From assembly GCF_000328665.1 (NCBI RefSeq), contig NC_019977.1, positions 372,001-436,000 on the forward strand: a stretch of DNA of 64,000 nt, in the 5' to 3' direction. Numbering within the stretch: position 1 is the first letter of the stretch; every line of letters begins with the position of its first letter. Below the pieces are notes generated by a model that searched no databases, was not told where the DNA came from, and was given only the letters and a program-made list of their open reading frames with translations. Below are positions 30,474 through 40,785 of this stretch, in pieces. The translations under genes and the position numbers were made by a program. This DNA is from Methanomethylovorans hollandica DSM 15978. GTDB lineage: Archaea; Halobacteriota; Methanosarcinia; Methanosarcinales; Methanosarcinaceae.

Positions 30474-32468
30474 ATGAAAGAGGAAATGGCAAGTGCAGAT
30501 GTTGCAGCTCTTGTGGCAGAACTTAGCTCAGGTGAGCTCTCGCTTATTGATGCCAAGGTCGGGAAAATATATCAGCCACTGGAAGATGAGATACGTTTTA
30601 ACCTCTTCGTTTTCGGTAAGGGTCGGGTAGATTTCATAATACAGGCCGGAAAGAGGGCTCATCTGAGCCAGTATGTTTCTCCGAGTCCCAAACTACCACA
30701 GTCATTTCCCATGCTGCTGCGTAAACACGTAATGAGCAGCAGGATAACATCCATCAAGCAGTATGATTTTGACAGGATAATCGAAATAGGTTTTGTCAGG
30801 GGCGGTGTGGAGACAGTCTTAATAGCTGAGCTTTTTGCCAGAGGCAACATTGTCCTCATTGACAATGAAAGGCGCATCATTCTTCCTATGAACCCTACAA
30901 CGTTTAAAGGTCGCAGGGTAAGAAGTGGTGAGATATACAGTTATCCTGAAGCACAGATAAGTCCTCTTGATGCAAGTGAAGAACAAATGCTTGCAGTTTT
31001 CAGATCGTCGGATTCTGATGTGGTGCGCACAATTGCAACCCGGTTCAATCTGGGCGGTCTTCTTTCAGAGGAAGTATGTTCCAGGGCCGGGATCAAAAAG
31101 AACCTTCCTGTTTCGGAAGTAGGCTCAGAGGAAATAACTTTACTCCTTCGGGCAATGAAGGATATGTTCTCTCCATTGCAGACAGGGGAATTAGACCCCT
31201 GTATCATAATGAAAGGTGAAGGGGATACCGCTCAGTCAATAGATGTCGTACCTTTTGAACTGGAAGTATACCGTGAACTGACAAAAGAGCGCTATCCCTC
31301 ATTTAACAAGGCCTTGGATGAGTATTTTGGCAAAAGGGAAGCTGCGTCTATCACCGAACAGGCATTTTCGGTAAAAAAAGAAAAAGTTGATCTTCTGGAG
31401 CGCAGGTTAAGGCAGCAGGAAGAAGCTGTGGAGAAGTATGGTAAAGAATCAGAGAAACACACGTCCATTGCAGAAACAATTTATGCTAATTATCAGGCTG
31501 TAGAAGATGTTTTAAAAGTACTTGCCATTGCAAGGGATAAAGGTTACTCGTGGGATCAGATAAAGTCCACCATAAAGGCTGCCAAGGATTCTGTTCCGGC
31601 TGCCAAGTCCATATTGAGCATAGACTCAGCTACAGGAATAGTGGTGCTTGACCTAATGGGTATGAAAACGAATATAGATGTAACTAAGACCGTTCCTCAG
31701 AATGCTCAGGTATATTACGAAAGGTCCAAAAAACTGGCAAAAAAACAGGAAGGTGCTATAAGGTCTATTGAGCAGACAAAACTGGCTATGCAGAAAAAAG
31801 AAAAAACTGCTACCAGGAAAAGAGGTACTGTTCGTATTAAGAAGCAGTGGTATGATAGATTCAGATGGTTTGTTTCATCTGATGGTTTCCTGGTAATAGG
31901 TGGGAGAGATGCTGATACCAATGAGGAGATCTTTGTAAAGTACATGGAAAAGCGGGACATTGTACTGCACACCCAGATGCCAGGTGCACCACTGACAGTG
32001 ATAAAAACAGGTGGTAAAGAAGTACCGTCACAGACCATTGAGGAGGCAGCTCGTTTTGTAGTGTCATATTCAAGTGTCTGGAAATCAGGTCAGTTCAGTG
32101 CAGACTGTTACTGGGTAAATCCAACACAGGTTTCAAAAACTCCGGAGTCAGGCGAATACGTGAAGAAAGGGTCTTTCATTATCCGGGGTGAAAGGAACTA
32201 TCTAAAAGATGTGCCAGTAGGAGTTGCGGTTGGTATTGAAATGGGTGAACAGACAAGGGTAATAGGCGGCCCCCTTTCTGCAATAAGCACAAGGGCGAAG
32301 CATGTTATAGAGCTGGTGCCAGGCAAATTCAACCAAAACGATATAGCAAAAAAGGTATACAGGAAGTACGTGGATACAATAGGTGATGCGTCATATGTAA
32401 AACAGATCGCTTCTCCTGACAAGATAGCTATGATGTTACCGCCGGGAGAATCCGACTTTAAGTCTTGA
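30474..32468 (+). CDS. rqcH: Ribosome quality-control protein Rqc2/RqcH (NFACT family)
   Basis: FPMLLRKH, QYDFDRII, WYDRFRWFVSSDG, GRDADTNE, KTPESGEY. Confidence 0.93.
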   Translation: MKEEMASADVAALVAELSSGELSLIDAKVGKIYQPLEDEIRFNLFVFGKGRVDFIIQAGKRAHLSQYVSPSPKLPQSFPMLLRKHVMSSRITSIKQYDFDRIIEIGFVRGGVETVLIAELFARGNIVLIDNERRIILPMNPTTFKGRRVRSGEIYSYPEAQISPLDASEEQMLAVFRSSDSDVVRTIATRFNLGGLLSEEVCSRAGIKKNLPVSEVGSEEITLLLRAMKDMFSPLQTGELDPCIIMKGEGDTAQSIDVVPFELEVYRELTKERYPSFNKALDEYFGKREAASITEQAFSVKKEKVDLLERRLRQQEEAVEKYGKESEKHTSIAETIYANYQAVEDVLKVLAIARDKGYSWDQIKSTIKAAKDSVPAAKSILSIDSATGIVVLDLMGMKTNIDVTKTVPQNAQVYYERSKKLAKKQEGAIRSIEQTKLAMQKKEKTATRKRGTVRIKKQWYDRFRWFVSSDGFLVIGGRDADTNEEIFVKYMEKRDIVLHTQMPGAPLTVIKTGGKEVPSQTIEEAARFVVSYSSVWKSGQFSADCYWVNPTQVSKTPESGEYVKKGSFIIRGERNYLKDVPVGVAVGIEMGEQTRVIGGPLSAISTRAKHVIELVPGKFNQNDIAKKVYRKYVDTIGDASYVKQIASPDKIAMMLPPGESDFKS

Positions 32469-32545
32469 TCAAATTTATCAGAGTTGCTTCTATAGCAATT
32501 ATTTTTACGATGCTGCTTGTATGATCATTTTATTGAGGTGCTAAT

Positions 32546-33586
32546 ATGAGAGTGATGAAAAAAAACCTGCGGGGTAATGAAGGGGAAATATCTGTCTTAG
32601 CTGAAACTCTTGATGACCTGTGGCATCTCAAATATATAATTGAGGCTGGTGACCTTGTTTTTGCTGTAACTAAAAGAAAAGCCGATGCTGCAACCGATAA
32701 ATTGCGCCCGGAAAAAATAGAGAAGAAAACAGTGAGACTTGGAGTACGGGTGGAGGGTCTGGAATTCCATAAATTCTCCAACAGGCTCAGGGTACATGGT
32801 GTTATAGAGCACGGTATGGATATTGGTTCTCATCATACTTTCAATATTGAGGGTGGTACGGATCTGTCCATCATCAAGGTCTGGAAGAAGGATCAGCTTG
32901 AGAGAATAGATGAAGCTGAAATAGCCTCCAAGAGGCCATCTGTTATTATTGTGGGCGTAGAGGAAGGAGATGCGGATATTGGTCTTGTCAGGCATTATGG
33001 TATCGAGGTTTATTCTCATATCACGCAGTCTTCAGGCAAAGGCGAGGGTAATATGAGGACTGTCTTTTTCCAGGAGATCCTCGACCAGTTGGTACATGCC
33101 ATTTCCGGCTCAGAGTCTATTGTACTTGCAGGACCGGGTTTTACAAAAGAGGATTTTTTCAAGCTAGTTCAAGAAAAAGAGCCGGATATGGCTTCAAAGA
33201 TCGTTTTTGAAGACACTTCATCAATTGGCATGTCCGGCTTTCAGGAAGTGCTGCGAAGGGGTGCAGTTGACAGGATCATGGAGCAATCAAGGATAGCTCG
33301 TGAATCCAGGCTCATGGATGATCTCTTAAGAGAAATAGCAATTAACGGCAAAGTAGCCTACGGGCTCTCTGAAGTTCAGATGGCTCTTGGCTATGGGGCG
33401 ATAGATACACTTCTTATATGTGATGAATTACTGAGAGCAGAAAGAGAAAAAGGAGAGATAGATACTTTTTTACAGGCAGTTGAACACTCCCAGGGAAGTA
33501 TAGTTGTTTTCAGCACAGATTTTGAGCCTGGGCAGAAATTGCTGGCGCTGGGTGGAATTGCAGCTCTGCTGCGGTTCAGGATATGA
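32546..33586 (+). CDS. pelA: mRNA surveillance protein Pelota
   Basis: ETLDDLWHL, EFHKFSNRLR, AGPGFTKE, LGGIAALLRF. Confidence 0.96.
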   Translation: MRVMKKNLRGNEGEISVLAETLDDLWHLKYIIEAGDLVFAVTKRKADAATDKLRPEKIEKKTVRLGVRVEGLEFHKFSNRLRVHGVIEHGMDIGSHHTFNIEGGTDLSIIKVWKKDQLERIDEAEIASKRPSVIIVGVEEGDADIGLVRHYGIEVYSHITQSSGKGEGNMRTVFFQEILDQLVHAISGSESIVLAGPGFTKEDFFKLVQEKEPDMASKIVFEDTSSIGMSGFQEVLRRGAVDRIMEQSRIARESRLMDDLLREIAINGKVAYGLSEVQMALGYGAIDTLLICDELLRAEREKGEIDTFLQAVEHSQGSIVVFSTDFEPGQKLLALGGIAALLRFRI

Positions 33587-34068
33587 TAGAAGTTATTGGG
33601 GTGCACTTTCTTATCTCTCTTTAAAAGCATAATCATTCTCTCTTTTTATATTTAAATATGTCGTTCCACATATCCGCTGCATCATATATATACTTATACT
33701 GGTTTGTAAATTCAAATGACAAAGTCATTTTTCACCTTTATTAATGATAATAACCTCTTTTTGGCGCTTTATTTCTTAATAACCGTATTTTCAGACTCTA
33801 AATTGTTTATGGAGTCTACTACTAGGTTTATGCTATAAATCACTCCTGTTTGATTTCTCCTCTTTCCTAAAAAGAAACAAAACACATAAATACTGCTATT
33901 AGAAAGTGTCTTGTGTAGGAGGTGTTTGGCTAAGTCTGGATAGCATGCAGTGTAAATAACTTTAAATTTATCATCATGTAGCCCATTCTTTTTCAAGGGT
34001 AGTACAACTATACATTAATAAATCTCTACGATCGTAATATTCATTATATATTTGGGAAGTGACAAACT

Positions 34069-34641
34069 ATGGAAGGAGAAGTTACAATTAAAGATACTAC
34101 AGCTGGAAGTCCGGCTGCAGTAGGTTTCTACGGTCTTGGGTTTGCAGCTACATTCGCAGGACTTTTAAACATGGGGATACTCCCAGACGCACTTATGGTA
34201 ATTGCAATGGCAATTATGCTTGGTGGCATTGCAGAAGTGATCGCTGGTCTGCAGTTATGGAAGAAAGGTGACACATTCGGTGCAACCGCATTCACCATAT
34301 TCGGTCTTTGGTGGCTCGGCTTTTCATACATAAACCTCGCTCCACTAGGAATTTTCAATGCAACATGGGACGCAGCAAGTGCTACATCTATGGGATTTTT
34401 CACACTTGTATGGGGTATCATAGCAACTTTGCTCACACTTGGTACATTAAAGATTGGTTTAAAGATGCTAACTGTGGTCTTTATAGTGCTAGACCTAACT
34501 TTCTTCAGTCTTGCAGCGGTATTCTTTGGAATGCTGCCACTGGGAGTCGCAGGAGCAATAACCCTTATCACAGGTCTTGCAGCACTTTACCTTGCCACTG
34601 CACTGGTCTTGAATGCAGTTGGGATGAAAATGCCAATGTAA
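34069..34641 (+). CDS. Acetate uptake transporter, GPR1/FUN34/YaaH (SatP) family
   Basis: SPAAVGFYGLG, GDTFGATAF, FGLWW; 6 TM helices. Confidence 0.88.
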   Translation: MEGEVTIKDTTAGSPAAVGFYGLGFAATFAGLLNMGILPDALMVIAMAIMLGGIAEVIAGLQLWKKGDTFGATAFTIFGLWWLGFSYINLAPLGIFNATWDAASATSMGFFTLVWGIIATLLTLGTLKIGLKMLTVVFIVLDLTFFSLAAVFFGMLPLGVAGAITLITGLAALYLATALVLNAVGMKMPM

Positions 34642-34662
34642 AGCAGAAATTCGAAAATATAT

Positions 34663-34690
34663 GGCCGGCTCTAACCGGTCTTTCTTTTTT
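34663..34690 (+). terminator. Hairpin plus T-tract
   Basis: ggccgg-ctctaa-ccggtc followed by tttctttttt. Confidence 0.6.
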
Positions 34691-34699
34691 TAAAGACTA

Positions 34700-35635
34700 T
34701 TATGCTGGGATACACCTTTGCGGTTTATCGATGCAGAGCAATTCTTTTCCATCTTTGTAGATCCTCACTACACCACCAGATTCTGATACAATGAAAGCCA
34801 CGGCGACAGTATCTCTTGTGATAGCTGCAGCGGATACATGTCTTCCTCCAAGGCCCTTATCAATATTGATGTTTCTGGCATCCACATCGAGATACCTGCC
34901 TGCCGCATGTATCTTTCCCTCTTCTGAGATCACAAATACTCCGTCCAGCTGTGCAAGTTCCTTAACTGATTCCCAGTTGTGCTCTTCAAGGATATTGCTG
35001 TCCTCAGGTGTTTGTCCCTGGTATGGGTTAATGATCAGAGGATGTGACCTATGCATGACTTCATCCACATCACCTACAATTAATGTTGTACCCATTTTTT
35101 TGCCTTCACGTCCTTTTGTGGCAATATCAAAACAAATGTTCAAAACAGCACGTACAACTTCAGGAGATACGCGTTCTCCACACTCTCTTATTCTTTTTAC
35201 CATGTCGCTCTCATTAAGATCGTGGACAACTATGGCACAAGAATCTATGCTGCCCACGATCCCGACAACCGTTCCTCCCGAAATATTCCCCAGAACATGT
35301 TCTATAGAAGATATGTTTTCCAGCTCTTCCAATTTATGATAAGATTTGTCGATCATCTTGTTGGTGAATGTGCTTACTCCCTTTTCCCCGGTAGAGAATA
35401 TGAGATGATCTATGAGCTCCTTCTGATCACTGAAAGCATGATATATGGGAATATCCGTAATGACATCTACAAAACAAAAGTCACCAGCCAGGATTATAGC
35501 GGAAGAGCCAAGTCCTTCGGCAAGCTTCACAGCCGTTTCGATGAAAACATTATTTTTTTGCATGCAATTCTCACTTTCACCTGTGCCCTCCAGTTTACTG
35601 CTATAATAATCAGCGATGATTCCTTTTTGTTCCAT
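34700..35635 (-). CDS. dacZ: Diadenylate cyclase, archaeal DacZ type
   Basis: GREGKKMGT, ELAQLDGVFVI, GLGGRH, IVSESGG (DisA_N domain). Confidence 0.88.
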   Translation of the reverse strand: MEQKGIIADYYSSKLEGTGESENCMQKNNVFIETAVKLAEGLGSSAIILAGDFCFVDVITDIPIYHAFSDQKELIDHLIFSTGEKGVSTFTNKMIDKSYHKLEELENISSIEHVLGNISGGTVVGIVGSIDSCAIVVHDLNESDMVKRIRECGERVSPEVVRAVLNICFDIATKGREGKKMGTTLIVGDVDEVMHRSHPLIINPYQGQTPEDSNILEEHNWESVKELAQLDGVFVISEEGKIHAAGRYLDVDARNINIDKGLGGRHVSAAAITRDTVAVAFIVSESGGVVRIYKDGKELLCIDKPQRCIPA

Positions 35636-35753
35636 TTTGTCCCCTCTTCACATTGATTATTATATAATCATCTTATCTCTATTAAAGATACCTATGTGAG
35701 CTTGCAGCGCCAGTATTTTATGTTTTCAGTTCCACTTCTATAAAGGTGTTTTT

Positions 35754-36299
35754 GTGTTCAGGATATTCGTAGCTGTGGACCTTCCAAAAGAATTCCATGG
35801 AAAGATCTCTGCGATACAGTCAAGGCTCATAGGGCCTGGATTAAGACCAGTAGATCCCAGTATTGTACATATCACCCTGAAGTTTCTGGGAGATGTTGAT
35901 GAGGCACAACTACCAGAGATCATCACAGCTCTTAACAGACTGGATTGTCCGTCATTTAATTCAAAAATTTCCGGGGTGGGCGCTTTTCCAGGTATGAAGA
36001 ATCCCAGGATAGTATGGTTGGGTGCAGCTGGTGATTATTCATGTCTTCACGGGCAATTGGAAGCATTGCTTTCAGAAATTGGTTTTAAAAAAGAGCCACG
36101 TAAGTTCATTCCGCACGCGACTCTTGCCAGAGTCACATATCTACCTGTTCCCCGAAAGAAAGAACTCATCTCTGTAATAGATCCTCTCAGGGATTTTGAT
36201 GTGGGCCTGATGAGAGTGCATACTGTGAAGCTCAAGAAAAGTACTCTGACTCCACAGGGCCCCATCTATGAGACCCTGCATGAGATTGATCTGTCCTGA
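35754..36299 (+). CDS. thpR: RNA 2',3'-cyclic phosphodiesterase (2H family)
   Basis: HITLKFLG and PHATLAR 2H motifs; STLTPQGPIY. Confidence 0.93.
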   Translation: MFRIFVAVDLPKEFHGKISAIQSRLIGPGLRPVDPSIVHITLKFLGDVDEAQLPEIITALNRLDCPSFNSKISGVGAFPGMKNPRIVWLGAAGDYSCLHGQLEALLSEIGFKKEPRKFIPHATLARVTYLPVPRKKELISVIDPLRDFDVGLMRVHTVKLKKSTLTPQGPIYETLHEIDLS

Positions 36300-36319
36300 T
36301 CATAAAGTGAATGTGACTC

Positions 36320-37345
36320 TCAGGCTGAAGCGACCTCATATTTTTCAAAGCCGCTAGACTTTACTATTCTTTTGTCGTTCGTTATCAGAAGACATTCTAT
36401 GCCATCAAGTTCCTCTATCATCTTAAGGCCATCCTGCTCTCCTAATACGAATACGGAAGTTGACAGTGCATCCGAGTCTATGCCAGTAGGAGCAATAACC
36501 GTAGCACTGATCAGGTTCTGGGAAGGATATCCTGTTCGAGGGTCGGCAATATGCGAGACCTTTGCTTCTTCGCTGAAATACCTTTCATAATTGCCACTGG
36601 TGGCTATAGCCATATCTGTGACTCCGACCACAGTTATCACCTGTTCGCTCATATTCGGATTCTGCAATCCCACTCTCCAGGATGTCCCATCGGGTCTATG
36701 GCCAATATAATATCCATTCCCTCCTGCATCAACAAAACCGGAGCTAATTCCATCCTTGCGAAGTGAATCTATGGCAAGGTCAAGAGCATATCCTTTTGCG
36801 ATCCCGCCGAGTGTGATCTTCATCCCTTCCTCAAGGAATATATCATTTCCTTTGATTGTTATGTTGCTGGCATTCACAAGCCTTAGTGTTTCACTGATCT
36901 CATTTTCAGCAGGTGGCTGATGTGTGCCTCCGGGTACGAACTTGCTCTTCCATAGATCCAGCAGAGGTAATATTGTAATGTCGAAAGCCCCGTGGGTAAT
37001 ATGCTGATAATATATAGATTTATTGACTACGTATGTAAGATTGTTACTAGCATCGAAAAGTTGTGCATCAGTGTTAAGTCTGCTAAGTTCACTGGTGTTG
37101 TCGAAATAGTCCATGCTGGAGTCAACATAGTGTACTTTCTCAAAAGCATTATCTATAGCCATTCTGGCATGAGTGCTGTCAGTGTCAACCACTTTGATCG
37201 TTACTATAGTATCCATTATGCTTCTGGTATCATTGTATATTTGTGGTATAGGCTCTTGGCTAGCCACATCCTTGTCAATGCAATTTATAACGAATGATAC
37301 TGATAATATCGTTATCAAGACAATGGTAACAGTTTTATACATCAT
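36320..37345 (-). CDS. apbE: FAD:protein FMN transferase
   Basis: GAFDITI, LGGIAKGY, ATSGNYERYF, HIADPRTG, DALST. Confidence 0.93.
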   Translation of the reverse strand: MMYKTVTIVLITILSVSFVINCIDKDVASQEPIPQIYNDTRSIMDTIVTIKVVDTDSTHARMAIDNAFEKVHYVDSSMDYFDNTSELSRLNTDAQLFDASNNLTYVVNKSIYYQHITHGAFDITILPLLDLWKSKFVPGGTHQPPAENEISETLRLVNASNITIKGNDIFLEEGMKITLGGIAKGYALDLAIDSLRKDGISSGFVDAGGNGYYIGHRPDGTSWRVGLQNPNMSEQVITVVGVTDMAIATSGNYERYFSEEAKVSHIADPRTGYPSQNLISATVIAPTGIDSDALSTSVFVLGEQDGLKMIEELDGIECLLITNDKRIVKSSGFEKYEVASA

Positions 37346-37445
37346 GGATTATGGAATGACATAATCAATCTTAAACTTAATCAGAACTGTAATAGTCATT
37401 TAGTTGGTTCTTTCACGGAAATCTTTGATCAAAGGAAGTGTAATT

Positions 37446-37874
37446 ATGAGCGATCACAGTGGATCTTCACCTACCGGCTCACGTTCCAGCAAGGACAAAT
37501 ACCTTGTTGTGGCAATCCATCAAATAATGGAAGAGTATGGATGGAGGGGAATCGAAAAGCAATTTGGTATCGTAAAACATCATATCATCTATGTGAAACC
37601 CGGTTCTCCTCTTGAGAAAATAGAACTTAAATCCAATATAGTCGGCAATCACATGGATGTTGACTTCCTTGGCATGACCCCTGAAAAAGGAATTCTGGAC
37701 AAGGTTTTTGATTTTAATGTAAGGGTAGTGCGCAAGACATTCGAGATAGACAAATATGTCACGAATGATCAGAAGATCGCAAATGAACAGAGTTTGAGGA
37801 ATACTATAATAGTTGCTATAAAGCAGCTTGAAGATATTGCCTCCAACACTCCCGGGGAAGTGTCAGAAAAGTGA
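37446..37874 (+). CDS. Hypothetical protein, first gene of the mmcA-rnf transcription unit
   Basis: 142-aa ORF ending 13 nt before the mmcA ATG. Confidence 0.7.
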   Translation: MSDHSGSSPTGSRSSKDKYLVVAIHQIMEEYGWRGIEKQFGIVKHHIIYVKPGSPLEKIELKSNIVGNHMDVDFLGMTPEKGILDKVFDFNVRVVRKTFEIDKYVTNDQKIANEQSLRNTIIVAIKQLEDIASNTPGEVSEK

Positions 37875-37887
37875 GTGTGGTCATATT

Positions 37888-39426
37888 ATGAAAGCTAATT
37901 TTCTCTTTGTCATTGCTATTTTAATGCTTTTCATATCCGGTGTTTATGCTTACATAGGATATAGCGGAAATGAAGTCATGGCAGCTCATTATATGACGGA
38001 TCAGAAATGGTCTGATAGTGTGTGCATGGGGTGTCATTTAAAGGTAAAAGATGAAGTTGCCGGATCTTTCCATGTACAACAGGACCTTGCTGAATGGTCT
38101 TCTCTAAGAGGCCAGGGTGTTATGTTGAGTGACATGGATAAAGATACGTGGTTAAGCGTTTACGGTCCATTGCACCCGGGCGGTGGAGATCTTGAGGAAT
38201 ATGGTGCAGATGTGGACTGCATGGTCTGTCACGAACAGCACGGCTTATATGATTATCAGGCGCGCGTTGAAAGCATCGCTTCCAGGGATATTGCCGGTGC
38301 AAAAGGAGCTGCAATTGAAGCGGCCAGCAAAAAAGCACAGCAAGATCCTCTATATGTGTCAAGTTATGTTTTGAACATTCTTACTCCTCTTCCTATAGTT
38401 ACTGAGATACACGATAATGTTAATGCGGGTCCCCGAAAGGAACAATGTAGCAGTACCTGCCATCAGGGTGAAGCTGTTACCGGTGCAGTTACATGGATGG
38501 CTGCTAACTCTTCTGAATATGATGTCCATGCAAGTGTAAATTGTGTGGAATGCCATGCAACAGAGGAGCACCAGGTCGGCCGCAGAATTCCTCTTGATTC
38601 CACACATGATGATCATGTGGCAGTAAAGAGCTGTGATGCACAAGGCTGTCATGCAGGTATCTCTCACGGAGGTATGGTTGATGCTCACCTTGAAACAATT
38701 GAATGTGAAACATGTCACATACCTCTGTTGCCAGGAGGCAATGTTACAGGTGTAACTCCAATAAACGGGTTCAACTGGGAGAATGGAGTTCTTGAAGAAA
38801 CATACCATGAATCTGATTTCACACCAACGCTTGCCTGGTCAAAGGGGATATATAATGAAAAACTGCCTGTGGTGGCTAGTAAAGATGAAGAAGGTGTGAA
38901 ACTTAACACTTTCAATTCGATTAAGGGTGTATGGTGGGATGAAGGTTTGGACCGGGATGTTCTGAACTATCCGGATAACAGTTCTTCACTGGGCAACCCG
39001 ATACCTCCGGCTGCAGTTAAGGCAGCAGATTCTAACGGTGATGGTATTGTCACATCCTCTGAGATAAGCTCTTATGATGGTGATCTTAACAAACAGCCTG
39101 ATTATCCAAATGCAGTTCTCAGGAGTGTTGACCTCCTTTACCAGATAAGTCATAACATTGCAGGCAATGATGTTGGTATGGCTAGTCCACTGCAATGTAA
39201 TGACTGCCACGGTGCCTCATCCTCCGAAGAGCTTCAAAGGATACACTTTGCAGAGGAGCAGCCAAATTGTACTCAATGTCATGATATCACACCTGCCATT
39301 AACTGGAAGCTGTTGGGGTATGATAAGGATCCCGCAGGAAACGCTACTCCTACTACAGAGATCCTTGTGACCATACCCGGGCAAAAACCGCTTGAAATAG
39401 AGAGGGAACCAGCATTTAAGGAGTGA
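37888..39426 (+). CDS. mmcA: Methanogenesis multiheme c-type cytochrome MmcA
   Basis: N-terminal TM/signal; six CxxCH, one CxxxCH and one Cx4CH; directly upstream of rnfC. Confidence 0.92.
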   Translation: MKANFLFVIAILMLFISGVYAYIGYSGNEVMAAHYMTDQKWSDSVCMGCHLKVKDEVAGSFHVQQDLAEWSSLRGQGVMLSDMDKDTWLSVYGPLHPGGGDLEEYGADVDCMVCHEQHGLYDYQARVESIASRDIAGAKGAAIEAASKKAQQDPLYVSSYVLNILTPLPIVTEIHDNVNAGPRKEQCSSTCHQGEAVTGAVTWMAANSSEYDVHASVNCVECHATEEHQVGRRIPLDSTHDDHVAVKSCDAQGCHAGISHGGMVDAHLETIECETCHIPLLPGGNVTGVTPINGFNWENGVLEETYHESDFTPTLAWSKGIYNEKLPVVASKDEEGVKLNTFNSIKGVWWDEGLDRDVLNYPDNSSSLGNPIPPAAVKAADSNGDGIVTSSEISSYDGDLNKQPDYPNAVLRSVDLLYQISHNIAGNDVGMASPLQCNDCHGASSSEELQRIHFAEEQPNCTQCHDITPAINWKLLGYDKDPAGNATPTTEILVTIPGQKPLEIEREPAFKE

Positions 39427-39432
39427 ATTATA

Positions 39433-40785
39433 ATGGAAAGTAAACGTTTAAGTAAATTACCTGAGAAGGTAATAATTCCCCTTAAACAGCATAAAGGAAT
39501 GCCTTGTATTCCTATGGTCAAAAAGGGTGATTCGGTGGTCATCGGTCAAAAGATCGGTGACTGCAAAGATAATAACGATTCATCTGTCCATTCAAGTGTC
39601 TGTGGTGAGGTTCTCTCTATTGAGATGGCTCCAAATCCGGATGGAAATAAGGCACTGAGCGTTATCATCAAGACCATTGAAAGCGATGAAACAGTGGAAT
39701 TCTCTCCGACTAAGAATCCTTCTCAAAATGATCTGATCGAACTGATAAAGAACTCAGGTATAGTGGAGCATTATGGTCTACCTACACAAAGCGTGCTCAA
39801 TCCCGATGGTAAGAAGATAAACACAGTACTTATCAATTCCACATCTTCTGAATGGATCGGGGGTAAGTTCAGCACTCCAGAAGAATATGGTACTCAGATG
39901 CTGGAAGCTCTCAAACTTCTCATGAAAGCCGCAGGAGCTGCAAAAGGAGCTATTGTGCTACGTAGTGATGATGCAGAGTCCATAGCAGCTTTTAGCGGTA
40001 TAAGATTTGAAGGGAAACAACTGGAAGTTGCCCCTCTTATAGGCAGTCGCAAGATCGGCTATTATTTCAAGGACCAGGGATCTGATATTGTAGTGGTTTC
40101 TCAGAAGCGTATATACGGTAAGCGTATTCTCAATTTCTTCACTTACAATGTAACAGGCAAAAAGGTGCCAGTTGGCTGCACTCCTGCAGATGTGGGTGTG
40201 GCTATATGCGGTGTCAAATCGGCTAAAGCTCTATATGATGCTGTATATCAGGGCAAACCTTACTATGAAACGGTTATATCCCTAGGAGGTCTTGCACATT
40301 GTCCTCCTCAAGTGCTGGTCAGAATAGGCACACCTTTCAAGGATGTGATAGAGGCATGTGGAGGTTATCCCAGTGAATCAGGTAAACTTATCGCTAACGG
40401 CATGAGGACCGGGGTTGCCCAGTACACTGATGAAGTCCCGGTAACGAAAACAACCACTCGCATCTCTTTCCTGAAACCGGAAGACATATTAAGGGATGAA
40501 GCCATCGCGTGTACTCATTGTGCAGCATGTGTGGACGTATGCCCTGTGGAATTGATTCCCAGCAAACTCGCAGTTCTGGCAGACCAGGGAAGGTTCGATG
40601 AATGTCGGAAGATCCATATAGAAAATTGTATAGAATGTGGAAAATGTGCAGTGGTCTGTCCTTCCAAGATACACATTCTCCAGTTGATACGGTTTGCTAA
40701 AGATGCTATTGAGATGGCTTATGAAGACATACCTGCGAAAGAGTCTTCGAATCTTCAGCTTAACTGCACCTGCGGAGGTGAATAA
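39433..40785 (+). CDS. rnfC: Rnf complex subunit C
   Basis: IPLKQHKG, VHSSVCGEV, IGTPF, two CxxCxxCxxxCP clusters. Confidence 0.93.
   Translation: MESKRLSKLPEKVIIPLKQHKGMPCIPMVKKGDSVVIGQKIGDCKDNNDSSVHSSVCGEVLSIEMAPNPDGNKALSVIIKTIESDETVEFSPTKNPSQNDLIELIKNSGIVEHYGLPTQSVLNPDGKKINTVLINSTSSEWIGGKFSTPEEYGTQMLEALKLLMKAAGAAKGAIVLRSDDAESIAAFSGIRFEGKQLEVAPLIGSRKIGYYFKDQGSDIVVVSQKRIYGKRILNFFTYNVTGKKVPVGCTPADVGVAICGVKSAKALYDAVYQGKPYYETVISLGGLAHCPPQVLVRIGTPFKDVIEACGGYPSESGKLIANGMRTGVAQYTDEVPVTKTTTRISFLKPEDILRDEAIACTHCAACVDVCPVELIPSKLAVLADQGRFDECRKIHIENCIECGKCAVVCPSKIHILQLIRFAKDAIEMAYEDIPAKESSNLQLNCTCGGE

Noticed and set aside
33769..33996. 75-aa ORF upstream of the acetate transporter
   Set aside because: TTG start, no recognisable family, AT-rich intergenic context
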